DNA of 64,000 bases from an uncultured Clostridia bacterium. GTDB taxonomy: Bacteria > Bacillota > Clostridia > Christensenellales > UBA1242. The notes under the pieces are model-generated. The model was given only the letters and a program-made list of their open reading frames with translations. It did no database searches and was not told where the DNA came from. Both the position numbers and the translations under genes were made by a program. Where the stretch lies: the NCBI GenBank assembly GCA_944349375.1, contig CALVMV010000002.1, forward strand, positions 35,448 through 99,447, given 5' to 3'. Of the stretch, positions 1-8,301 are shown piece after piece (the stretch's first letter is position 1; each line of letters begins with the position of its first letter).

Positions 1-759
1 TTCTATTACTTTTAAAAAAGGAGCTACTTGTTCATCCCTTAACTTTTGCCAACTTTTTTGATCAGAAATTAAAGACTGCAATTTTTTATTTCGTAAAAGA
101 GGAGCACTAATATTAACTGCTCTGATTTTTTCTCCCCCTCTTATCCTTTCCAAAATATCTTTAAGAATAGTAAGGGTAGCTTTATCCACTTCTTCTCCAT
201 ATCCTTGATATGTATTATAATGTAGGACTCTTGCTTTAGGTGCAATGCCAATATTTTTCCCGCATAAATTAGAAAGGACTCCTGTGGCATGAAAATGATA
301 GCCTGTATCTTTAAATAAATCTACAATTTCAATATTTGCGTTAGCAAACTCAATATGTTTTTCATCTTGAAAACCAAAATCTATAGTTGCAACACAAATA
401 CCTTCGCCGTTCACTCCTCTTTTGTGTAGTTCTTTAATACCCATAAAAGGATTTTTTGCAAAGGCAATGATTTCATGTGGATTAAATCCTTTTGGCATTT
501 TTTCAACAGAAGGAAATATAGTGCTAGAATTAAATGGCACTTTCAATAAATGTTCCTTATCTACTTTCGTAAAATCGTAATTTGAAAGATCCCTGTAACA
601 GAAGCCAAAGTGTGTGAAAAGCATTCTTTTTTGTTTTTGGTTTTCATCTTCTATATTTGTATCTAACATTATATCAATCCACTCATTTGTTAATGTTAAA
701 GGTATGTCATAAAAAGATTTAACCATGCTAACATAATCATATGATTTGATTTTATCCAT
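1..759 (-). CDS. Subtilisin-like (S8) serine peptidase, N-terminal 253 codons; the C-terminus runs off the left edge of the window
   Basis: Absent from the ORF track because no stop lies in the window. Hand translation from the ATG at 757-759 (GGAGAT RBS just upstream) gives MDKIKSYDYVSM...GEGICVATIDFGF (Asp box) ...YHFHATGV (His box). No signal peptide. The Ser box would lie outside the window. Starts only 33 nt after the ABC permease stop, with no terminator between them. Confidence 0.5.
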   Translation of the reverse strand, partial: MDKIKSYDYVSMVKSFYDIPLTLTNEWIDIMLDTNIEDENQKQKRMLFTHFGFCYRDLSNYDFTKVDKEHLLKVPFNSSTIFPSVEKMPKGFNPHEIIAFAKNPFMGIKELHKRGVNGEGICVATIDFGFQDEKHIEFANANIEIVDLFKDTGYHFHATGVLSNLCGKNIGIAPKARVLHYNTYQGYGEEVDKATLTILKDILERIRGGEKIRAVNISAPLLRNKKLQSLISDQKSWQKLRDEQVAPFLKVIE

Positions 760-792
760 TTTTATCTCCTAACAAAGTCGCTTATAATGCTC

Positions 793-2382
793 TTATAAAG
801 GCAAATCTTTTTTGTCAAATCTAAATACCCCTATTATGATGCAAACAATACCTATACCTAACAAAACACCAAACTTCCACAAATAGCTTAATGTTCCATT
901 CAATATTGAAACAGTATCAAAGAAAGTTATTATTGAAAGATAATTAAAGAAATCCATGGAAGAAATTCTCATTGCACTAGGAACCACTGTTGAACCAAAA
1001 AGTCCCAAAATAGTGCAAACTAATGAGAATATTGTTAGTCCTCCACCAATTGAAAGTGAGTGTTTTGTTCTATTAAATAGAGCAGAGCACATAAAACAAA
1101 ATCCTGCTATTGCAAACATAGTCAAAAATGCACCAGCATTTAAAAGTAAAATTTCCGAATAATTAATTGCAAAATTATTCCCACCTGCTATGGCAACGGC
1201 AATTACACTGAAAACAGTTAACATTGCAAACATAGAGAATAATGCAAAAACCAAATATGCAAGTTGAGTTACGGTTACTGTTCTTCTTTTAGTTGGAGTG
1301 GACAAAACATATGCCATAGAACCAGAATCCACCTGCCCTGCTAATAATCCATTTGCTGTCATAATTACAAAAACCATAGGCAACAATAGACCAGCAATTC
1401 GGTAGAATATAGAGCCAATAATTAATCCATACATATCCATATTACCCAGCTCTTGCAAAGCTACTGCAACTTTTTCTGGAATCTCATCAGAAATACTCTT
1501 TGTAGCTTGTGATTTCGCTTCAACTTTAGCATCCTCAGTATCTCCCAACTCATTTAACCAAAGTTGATATGTATTTATTGCAGTATTAGAAATAACTTTT
1601 ACAGCAACACCATATTGTTTAATTTCATCTTCCGTCATGCCTGAGCCAGCTAAACTTTGTTCTGCTTGAGTTTGCATAAGCAAATTTACACAATTTGTAG
1701 CATCAGCAGAATAATTGTATTCGCTATTAGATTTATTTTTGTTATAAGAAGCTACTGCATCTTGACAAATATAACTAGAACTTGAAGCTTGAACTAAAGC
1801 TTCTTCTTCTGATTTTCCGTTTGCTATAGCATCTTGATATGTAACTTGATAAATAGTATTGCAATACGCATCAGAAAGCAATTTTTCATCAGTTAAAGAA
1901 GTTCCTTCTAATTGAGCATCACTGTAAACAGTAAGGTAATTGGTTAAAAATACTTTTACTAAGCTTTCATCCATTCCAAATCCAGCAGCCGCCCCACTCT
2001 CTATAATGCCAGAAACCATGGTAACAATTATCTGAGCTCTAACTTCTTTTGTCGCTTCAATTCCTTGTCCTTCCAATTCATCAATCTGATTATCGAACTG
2101 TGGCTGCAAAAATGCTAAAAGAGGTGCTTTACTTTCTATCGCCGAATATCCATCAATCATAGTAAAATAAGATTCATAGCCATCTACAGAATTTTCTTTT
2201 AAACTAGATTCTTGGTCTGCCTGCACAAACACATTTTTTAAAGAATCACGAATATCGTTTATCCCAAGATTTCCTAAAACGATTATAACAATCATAAGCA
2301 TAACACAAGTTGACAATGTAACAGAAAGCCACTTAATCCAATGTGCTTTGCAAGATTGTTTAAAAAGCGCTCTATTTATCAT
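793..2382 (-). CDS. ABC-2-type transporter permease with a ~300-aa extracytoplasmic domain
   Basis: 529 aa. One N-terminal TM helix (WLSVTLSTCVMLMIVIIVLG), a long soluble region, then about 5 C-terminal TM helices. The start overlaps the upstream NBD gene by 11 nt. RBS AAGGAGG. Confidence 0.6.
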   Translation of the reverse strand: MINRALFKQSCKAHWIKWLSVTLSTCVMLMIVIIVLGNLGINDIRDSLKNVFVQADQESSLKENSVDGYESYFTMIDGYSAIESKAPLLAFLQPQFDNQIDELEGQGIEATKEVRAQIIVTMVSGIIESGAAAGFGMDESLVKVFLTNYLTVYSDAQLEGTSLTDEKLLSDAYCNTIYQVTYQDAIANGKSEEEALVQASSSSYICQDAVASYNKNKSNSEYNYSADATNCVNLLMQTQAEQSLAGSGMTEDEIKQYGVAVKVISNTAINTYQLWLNELGDTEDAKVEAKSQATKSISDEIPEKVAVALQELGNMDMYGLIIGSIFYRIAGLLLPMVFVIMTANGLLAGQVDSGSMAYVLSTPTKRRTVTVTQLAYLVFALFSMFAMLTVFSVIAVAIAGGNNFAINYSEILLLNAGAFLTMFAIAGFCFMCSALFNRTKHSLSIGGGLTIFSLVCTILGLFGSTVVPSAMRISSMDFFNYLSIITFFDTVSILNGTLSYLWKFGVLLGIGIVCIIIGVFRFDKKDLPL

Positions 2383-3331
2383 GTTTTACATCCTCCTTTC
2401 CTGATTTTGTAGGTTTTAAAACAATATCATTCTTTTTATAAAATTCAGTCAAAACTTCCTTAAAATGTTTTTCCAAATCTTTTTTTACTTCGCTGATAAA
2501 CTTTAATTTAAAATTTTTTAAATCTTTAAATAATTTATTAATTTTAGAATTGTCAACTTGAATAGTAAATTGGTTATATTGTTCTTGCACTCTAACAATT
2601 TTATATTTAAATTTTTTAAACTTAATAAAATCTTCATGACTTAAAAATTCAATTTTAAATAGCTTATAAGGAAGATTTTTTAATTCTTTAATATCTGCAA
2701 TGTCAATAATTTTTCCATCTAAAATTAAGGCAACCCTATCACAAGTTATTTCAAGCTCATCAAACATTTGACTACTCATTATGATAGTTTTTCCTTTACT
2801 TTTTTCTTCAAGGATAATATCAAGAAAAGTTTCTCTCATGAGTGGGTCAAGCCCTGTGGTAGGCTCATCTAGAATAATTATATCTTTATCAGCCATTAAA
2901 GCTGCTACAATAGCAGTTTTTTGTTTCATCCCTTTGCTCATTCTTTTAAGATTCGCACTTGTGTCTAACTGCAATTTTTCAATCAATTTATTTGCATAAG
3001 ACATATCAGCTAATCCAAGTAATTCAGCTTGATTTTTCAAAAAAGTTGTTCCATCTCGCAAATCTGGGAAAGCGATTTCCCCCGGTATGTACTCAACATT
3101 TTTTTTAATTTCACAAGAATTTTTCCATGAATCCAAGCCAAGCACTTTTATTTCGCCTTTTTGAGGTTTTAAAAATCCCATGATATGTCGAATAATGGTT
3201 GTTTTTCCGCTTCCATTTGTTCCGACAAAACCAAAAACTTCACCTTTTTTTACATTAAAAGAAATATTAAAAACACCCTTATTTTCTCCATAATCTTTTG
3301 TGAGGTTTTCAACTTTAATAATATCTTCCAT
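2372..3331 (-). CDS. ABC transporter ATP-binding protein (second NBD paralog)
   Basis: Walker A GTNGSGKT, signature-like MSKGMKQK, Walker B IIILDEPTTGLD. TAATG 1-nt overlap with the upstream NBD gene. Confidence 0.85.
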   Translation of the reverse strand: MEDIIKVENLTKDYGENKGVFNISFNVKKGEVFGFVGTNGSGKTTIIRHIMGFLKPQKGEIKVLGLDSWKNSCEIKKNVEYIPGEIAFPDLRDGTTFLKNQAELLGLADMSYANKLIEKLQLDTSANLKRMSKGMKQKTAIVAALMADKDIIILDEPTTGLDPLMRETFLDIILEEKSKGKTIIMSSQMFDELEITCDRVALILDGKIIDIADIKELKNLPYKLFKIEFLSHEDFIKFKKFKYKIVRVQEQYNQFTIQVDNSKINKLFKDLKNFKLKFISEVKKDLEKHFKEVLTEFYKKNDIVLKPTKSGKEDVKHDK

Positions 3332-4299
3332 TAGAAAACACCTCCAAAATTTTTATCTTCTCTATAAAATTGCATAAAATAATCTTGTAAGGTCACTTTG
3401 TTTTCTGAAAAAGTCTCTATTTGATAATCACTTAACAATGGAACAAGTTGATTAATATCTTTGTCATTACAATAAGCAATTAGAGATTTACTATTTTTAT
3501 CAATTTTATTTATGTATGGTTTGCTAACCTTAATCTTTCTCTTTTTTGAAACAGGCAATAATTTTAAAAATTTATCAAATTCATCTTTTTTCTTAAATTT
3601 AATAAAGAAATTTTTGTTCTCATTATGCTTAATTGAATTAGCATCAAACATAGATACTATTCTGCCATCTTTAATTATCGCAATTCTATCACATGTGGCT
3701 TCAACTTCGTTAAACATATGCGAAGAAAGAAGAATAGTTTTTCCCCTTTTCTTTTCTTCTTTAATATAATCAATAAATACTTGTTGCATGACAGGATCAA
3801 GACCACTTGTTGGTTCATCTAAAATTAGAACTTTAGGGTCATTCATAAACGCAGCTACTATAGCAAGTTTTCTCTTATCCCCTAAACTCATTCTTTTAGT
3901 TTCGCCTTTAGGATTTAGCTTAAATCTTTCAAGAAGCATTTTAAGTCTAGTATTGTCGTGCAAATTTCTCAAATCTCCCATCATTTGCAAAAATTCCCAG
4001 CCTGTTAAGCCTTCAGGGAGAACTATTTCTCCTGGTAAATATCCTACATCTCCTAGAAAACGAAAATAATTACCAAAAGATTCCATACCTAATATACGAG
4101 TTTGACCTTTTTGAGGTTTAGAAAATCCCATTATATGCCTAATAGTTGTGCTTTTACCTGCTCCATTAGGTCCCAAAAAGCCAAATACTTCCCCTTCTTT
4201 GACATTAAATGTAACATCAAAAACACCACGACCATGGCCGTAATCCTTTGTTAAGTCATCGACTTCAATAAGGTTAATTTCTTTTGTCCCCATAGGCAT
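3331..4299 (-). CDS. ABC transporter ATP-binding protein (first NBD paralog)
   Basis: Walker A GPNGAGKS, signature-like MSLGDKRK, Walker B VLILDEPTSGLD. The true start may be the ATG at 4293 (AAGGAA RBS spacing fits better). Confidence 0.85.
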   Translation of the reverse strand: MPMGTKEINLIEVDDLTKDYGHGRGVFDVTFNVKEGEVFGFLGPNGAGKSTTIRHIMGFSKPQKGQTRILGMESFGNYFRFLGDVGYLPGEIVLPEGLTGWEFLQMMGDLRNLHDNTRLKMLLERFKLNPKGETKRMSLGDKRKLAIVAAFMNDPKVLILDEPTSGLDPVMQQVFIDYIKEEKKRGKTILLSSHMFNEVEATCDRIAIIKDGRIVSMFDANSIKHNENKNFFIKFKKKDEFDKFLKLLPVSKKRKIKVSKPYINKIDKNSKSLIAYCNDKDINQLVPLLSDYQIETFSENKVTLQDYFMQFYREDKNFGGVF

Positions 4300-4449
4300 T
4301 TCCTTTTTGAAAGTTATACAATGTTAGTTACTCTTACAATCTTATTATATCATAAAAAATTAAAAAAGTATAACTTTTGATATAATTTACATATTCACTA
4401 ATAAAAATAATTTCCATAAAAAAAACAAAAAATTTAAAACTTTTTGTTT

Positions 4450-4683
4450 TTAAAAGCAACAGATAAAATAGTTTAATATGCAAAATCTAAAACAGTAAAA
4501 CTTACATTTATTGCAATTTTGACAACACCATTGATCAAAATCGTAGTAATCATAGCACAATGCAGGCTTATCGGTTACATCAATAAGCAAAAGAATATTT
4601 GTTATTATTTCATTACTATTAAAAATTCTTTCTCCTTCTTCATCAGTAATTGAAATAGTTGAGATATTTTTTATTCAATTCAT
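4450..4683 (-). other. Cys-rich small ORF (74 sense codons). It is preceded in the same frame by RBS-ATG-AAT-TGA. Could be a nonsense-interrupted gene, a TGA read-through candidate, or a start-less ORF.
   Basis: Hand translation: GAGGT RBS, then ATG AAT TGA ATA AAA..., giving MN*IKNISTISITDEEGERIFNSNEIITNILLLIDVTDKPALCYDYYDFDQWCCQNCNKCKFYCFRFCILNYFICCF*. There are 9 Cys in the last 35 residues. No in-frame ATG follows the TGA. Not in the ORF track. Confidence 0.3.
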
Positions 4684-4695
4684 TTTATACCTCTA

Positions 4696-5097
4696 CTAAT
4701 TTACGGTAACATCAAATTCAACATTTCTAGACTCTCCTGCATTAATATCGCTTAAAGGAAAACCTGAAATAGAGTTATAACTTGGATAAGAAATGCCATC
4801 TATTTTCACGCTACCATCAACAAAAGTAATCCCACTTTGCAAGATATCTTTAAAGACAACATTTTTTGCAAGCTGACTCCCAGTATTTTCTACAATAGAA
4901 GTATATTGGAGCGTATCACCCATAATAGCATAAGATCTATCTACACTTTTTGTAACTTTAATTCCTGTGGAAATAACCGCAAAGCTAACAACATTAGTAT
5001 TTTGATTGAAAGTTTTGGTTCTAGATTGGTCAGAGACATCAAACTGTAATGATGTAAAATTTTCCACAACATCTTTAGTCTTTGGATTATTAGTCAA
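4696..5097 (-). CDS. DUF11 (conserved repeat domain) protein. The start is uncertain (TTG, no visible RBS). May be a fragment.
   Basis: The stretch KSVDRSYAIMGDTLQYTSIVENTGSQLAKNVVFKDILQSGITFVDGSVKIDG...AGESRNVEFDVTV matches the DUF11/TIGR01451-type repeat pattern as I recall it. The frame is open back to 5139 with no ATG. Ends in tandem TAG TAG. Confidence 0.45.
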   Translation of the reverse strand: MTNNPKTKDVVENFTSLQFDVSDQSRTKTFNQNTNVVSFAVISTGIKVTKSVDRSYAIMGDTLQYTSIVENTGSQLAKNVVFKDILQSGITFVDGSVKIDGISYPSYNSISGFPLSDINAGESRNVEFDVTVN

Positions 5098-5234
5098 AAC
5101 TAAATAATTAATTTTTGTGCTTTCTCCACAGTGACAAACTTATTATCAAATAAAAGATAAATCTACTTTAACATTTAAATTCTTTATTAAATTATTTTTA
5201 TTAATTCATATAAACTTATTGATGTAGTAGTAAC

Positions 5235-5263
5235 AATAAAAAAACACCTTTTTACAGGTGTTT
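5235..5263 (-). terminator. Rho-independent terminator after the SHOCT-domain gene
   Basis: Minus-strand AAACACCT-GTAAAA-AGGTGTTT followed by a T-run, directly after the stop at 5273. Confidence 0.7.
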
Positions 5264-5272
5264 AATGTTAAA

Positions 5273-6094
5273 TTACAACTCTGAATCTAAAAGACTTTTC
5301 TTTCTTTTCTCAAATTCTTCTTCTGAGATAAAACCTTTTTCTTTTAAGTTTTGAAGTTTTGCAAGTTTATCTTCCAAAGAATTTTTTTCTTTTCCTTCGC
5401 TTTTGCTTTCAACTACAGGTATAGCATATCTTGAGTTAAAACGATTTACTCTTTGCGCTCTTTCTTCGTTTTCTTTTTGCAAAATTGCGATAGCCTCTTC
5501 AGTCACTAAAAAATCAGGTTCTTTATATACATACGAAAATAAAATATAAAAAATTGTTGCGATTCCAAGCAAATAATTTGAAATACAAAGCAGATAAGAT
5601 CCAACATTAACTAAATTTTCGAAAGTAGTAAGTAAAACAGCAATGCCACTTAGGAGCCAAAAAAATGCAATTATAAGTTCTGCGAAAGCATTATAATATT
5701 TGTTTTTAAAGCCTAAAATTGAAATCAAAATTTTCCAAATTGCAAAAGCTAAAGCAAAAACAAATATGAAATATCTAATATCAACCTGAGCGTTTGGAAC
5801 AACCACAAAAACAATTCCAGCAACTGCGACTAAGATTGTTAGACAAATATAAAATATTCCATCAGCACATAGATATTTTTTTTGACTTTTATAATTTGAA
5901 AATACTCTTATTTGCATTGCTCCCATAAAAATTGCAGACACAAATGCAATAACACTAGAGCCAACGACAGAAAAATTTAAAAAATTCCCACCAATAAGCC
6001 CAACAATAACTAAAACCATTAAAGCAATTCCAATAAGGACACTGGTAACAACTGAAAAAGTTTTAGTTTCTTTTTTTAAAAATTTTTGTTCCAT
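5273..6094 (-). CDS. Polytopic membrane protein (DUF308/HdeD-like) with a C-terminal SHOCT domain
   Basis: 273 aa with about 6 TM helices. The C-terminal LEDKLAKLQNLKEKGFISEEEFEKRKKSLLD is a typical SHOCT motif. Confidence 0.6.
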   Translation of the reverse strand: MEQKFLKKETKTFSVVTSVLIGIALMVLVIVGLIGGNFLNFSVVGSSVIAFVSAIFMGAMQIRVFSNYKSQKKYLCADGIFYICLTILVAVAGIVFVVVPNAQVDIRYFIFVFALAFAIWKILISILGFKNKYYNAFAELIIAFFWLLSGIAVLLTTFENLVNVGSYLLCISNYLLGIATIFYILFSYVYKEPDFLVTEEAIAILQKENEERAQRVNRFNSRYAIPVVESKSEGKEKNSLEDKLAKLQNLKEKGFISEEEFEKRKKSLLDSEL

Positions 6095-6096
6095 AA

Positions 6097-6846
6097 CTAT
6101 CTCCTAATAAGTTTAAAGCTTGAAAAAATCAATTTTAACAGGAAATAAATTGCTTCAAATGCATTAATGATTACTTGCAAAACAACAAGTTTTTTCCAAG
6201 CAGAAAAAAGTTTTTTAATTCTTTTTTCTTCAGCTTCTTGTAAAATTCCCATATCAAGAATTAAAGATTGACCTACATTACAAGCTTTAATGTATCTACT
6301 TGCAGCTATTGCAGAAATAATAAAACTAATTAAAGCAATGGCTAGCCCAACTCCAGTCAAAGCAATAGTCCAAGTTCCAATAGATTCAGCCAAAACTAAA
6401 TCTAAAATTAAGCCTACAATCATTAAAGGCAACAACAGCATTGGCAACCAACCAAACCATCTATTGAATTCAACCAACCTTAAACCTTTAACGCCATCTG
6501 CATGCATTTTAGCTAGTCCTACAAGCCTGCAAACAACAGCTAAATTGGTAGCAGTTGACCTTCTTGCTGTTCCCCAACTTAATTTTATAATTTTTTTAGA
6601 AACACTATAAGTATTCCCAACAAACATAGAAGCAAAAAAACCACATTTTTTTACTTCAACATCTACAAGCCCATTTTCATCTAGCAATAACCTAGCATAT
6701 TCTTCCATAGGTTTATTTATATCAAGTTTTTTCAAACTAAACCAAATAGTAACCCTACTTGCATTCCATCTTATAAAACTTCCATATAAAGAAATTATAA
6801 ACAGAACCCCCAATATAACAAATAAAACAATTAATAATGGATTCAT
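6097..6846 (-). CDS. YugP-like membrane protein (putative neutral zinc metallopeptidase family) lacking the HExxH motif
   Basis: Family-like layout: N-terminal TM, ARLLLDENGLVDVEV..., KIIKLS..., C-terminal TM pair, and a GILQEAEEKRIKK segment. The position expected for HExxH reads VVCRLVGLA. Start moved to the ATG at 6846, because the AGGAGGAGAGGA RBS sits inside the longer track ORF. Confidence 0.5.
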   Translation of the reverse strand: MNPLLIVLFVILGVLFIISLYGSFIRWNASRVTIWFSLKKLDINKPMEEYARLLLDENGLVDVEVKKCGFFASMFVGNTYSVSKKIIKLSWGTARRSTATNLAVVCRLVGLAKMHADGVKGLRLVEFNRWFGWLPMLLLPLMIVGLILDLVLAESIGTWTIALTGVGLAIALISFIISAIAASRYIKACNVGQSLILDMGILQEAEEKRIKKLFSAWKKLVVLQVIINAFEAIYFLLKLIFSSFKLIRR

Positions 6847-7030
6847 TCCTCTCCTCCTCATTAAGAGTTTAACAGAAAAATTATATAAAAGTCAAATAAA
6901 TAAATAAAAAAAAATAACTATTTATTTTTTTTATTAATACACTCCACAATTTTCCCTATAATTCTTATTTTATTATAATATATGTTAAAACACTTTACTT
7001 TTGCGCATTTATTATAATAATATATTAACT

Positions 7031-8251
7031 ATGAAAAGATTATTTAATGTTGCTTCTGGATTGTTTTTCCTATCTATTTTTCCTATTTTATCCTGGATTT
7101 TATTGGGCATTACTTTAAATGACACAAATATATCTAATGTTTTTTCTTTAACTTACCCTATGCAATTTGTATGGGGAATTATAATAACTTTTTTTGGCAC
7201 TGCAGTAAATATAAAAAAATATAAAGAAAATAAAAATAATGATGTTGTTTTTAGTGGTATAATTTGGGGAAGCATTTTTGGATTAATAATTTTTGGAATT
7301 GTTGCGATTTTTGTAGATAAATACATAATTTTTATGAATATGGATCCACAAATTTATCATGATTTTTGTCTGTATTCACTTGGAAATTTGTTCTTTCAAC
7401 TAGTTTTTTCATTAATAATGGAAAAATTATATTTTGAGAACAAAGAAAAATTAGCAAATTTACACAGCTTTTGTTACAATTTTTTAAGTTTTGCTGTTTT
7501 AATAATAACATCTTTAATAACAAAAAACACAATTATTATTATATCTGTTACCTTATTCTCAGTTTTTATTTATAATATAATTTTATCTATATGGCAGTTT
7601 AAAAAATTTAAGTTTATACTTAATTTTCTTTCTTGTTTTAAATATGAATCAGCTGGACTATCTACAAACCTTTTTATGTTAATAATTTATTTATTTGGCT
7701 TTAAAAATTCATTTACATTTGGAAATGAATATATTATAGCAATAAATTTTGTTGCAATGATTACAGATGTACTCTGGGATTCGTTTGGTGCTATAAAAAA
7801 ATGTGCAAAGGTTGATATTTCTCAAAATAATTTCAAATTTAAAGAGTCATTAAAAAATGGATTTTTATTGATATCTTTAGGGACTACTTTATCAATTGTT
7901 TCATTCTTTAGTTTATTTAACACTTTTAAAGTAACATTAACAATCGGTTTAATTGTTTTGGCATTTCAGATTTTTGATTTTTATTTATCTTCAATAATAA
8001 ATACTCTATATCCTTTTTTACAATTACAATTTTCCGCTACAAAAACCACCATAATTGAAATTTTTGCACAAACAGTTCGTGTAATCTTGTCCGTCTTTTT
8101 ACCGACTGCTTATTGTACTGAAATAGGTCAATGTGTAGCATCAATTATTTTATTTAGCCTGTATTTATTTATAATTATAAAATATTATAAATTGGAAAAT
8201 GATTCTTTAATATTTAAAGAAAAAATAAATACAACATCACAAAATGATTAA
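7031..8251 (+). CDS. Polytopic membrane protein with about 12 TM helices (possibly a MOP/Wzx-like flippase)
   Basis: 406 aa from the ATG at 7031 (the track begins at a TTG at 7001). Hydrophobic throughout. Followed 50 nt later by an FkbM-family methyltransferase gene. The family assignment is a guess from topology and context. Confidence 0.45.
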   Translation: MKRLFNVASGLFFLSIFPILSWILLGITLNDTNISNVFSLTYPMQFVWGIIITFFGTAVNIKKYKENKNNDVVFSGIIWGSIFGLIIFGIVAIFVDKYIIFMNMDPQIYHDFCLYSLGNLFFQLVFSLIMEKLYFENKEKLANLHSFCYNFLSFAVLIITSLITKNTIIIISVTLFSVFIYNIILSIWQFKKFKFILNFLSCFKYESAGLSTNLFMLIIYLFGFKNSFTFGNEYIIAINFVAMITDVLWDSFGAIKKCAKVDISQNNFKFKESLKNGFLLISLGTTLSIVSFFSLFNTFKVTLTIGLIVLAFQIFDFYLSSIINTLYPFLQLQFSATKTTIIEIFAQTVRVILSVFLPTAYCTEIGQCVASIILFSLYLFIIIKYYKLENDSLIFKEKINTTSQND

Positions 8252-8301
8252 ATTTAACAAATTAAATCTCTATGTAATAAATAACTTATATGGAGAGAAA
8301 T

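Noticed and set aside
2781-4069. Plus-strand ORFs (72-93 aa) antisense to the two ABC NBD genes
   Set aside because: These are the classic antisense open frames of NBD genes. They have no RBS and fully overlap well-supported CDSs.
4675-4677. Alternative genetic code (TGA as sense) to explain the in-frame TGA
   Set aside because: All conserved genes in the window have normal lengths under the standard code. TGA also functions as the permease stop in the ATGA overlap at 29778-29781. A genome-wide reassignment is therefore not supported, and only local read-through or a nonsense mutation remains plausible.
1-5139. Lanthipeptide/RiPP cluster reading (Cys-rich precursor plus ABC plus S8 LanP-like protease)
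   Set aside because: The putative core has no Ser/Thr for lanthionine formation. No LanB/C/M, radical-SAM or cyclodehydratase gene lies in the window, and the precursor lacks an intact start. It is kept only as a caveat in the findings, not as a call.
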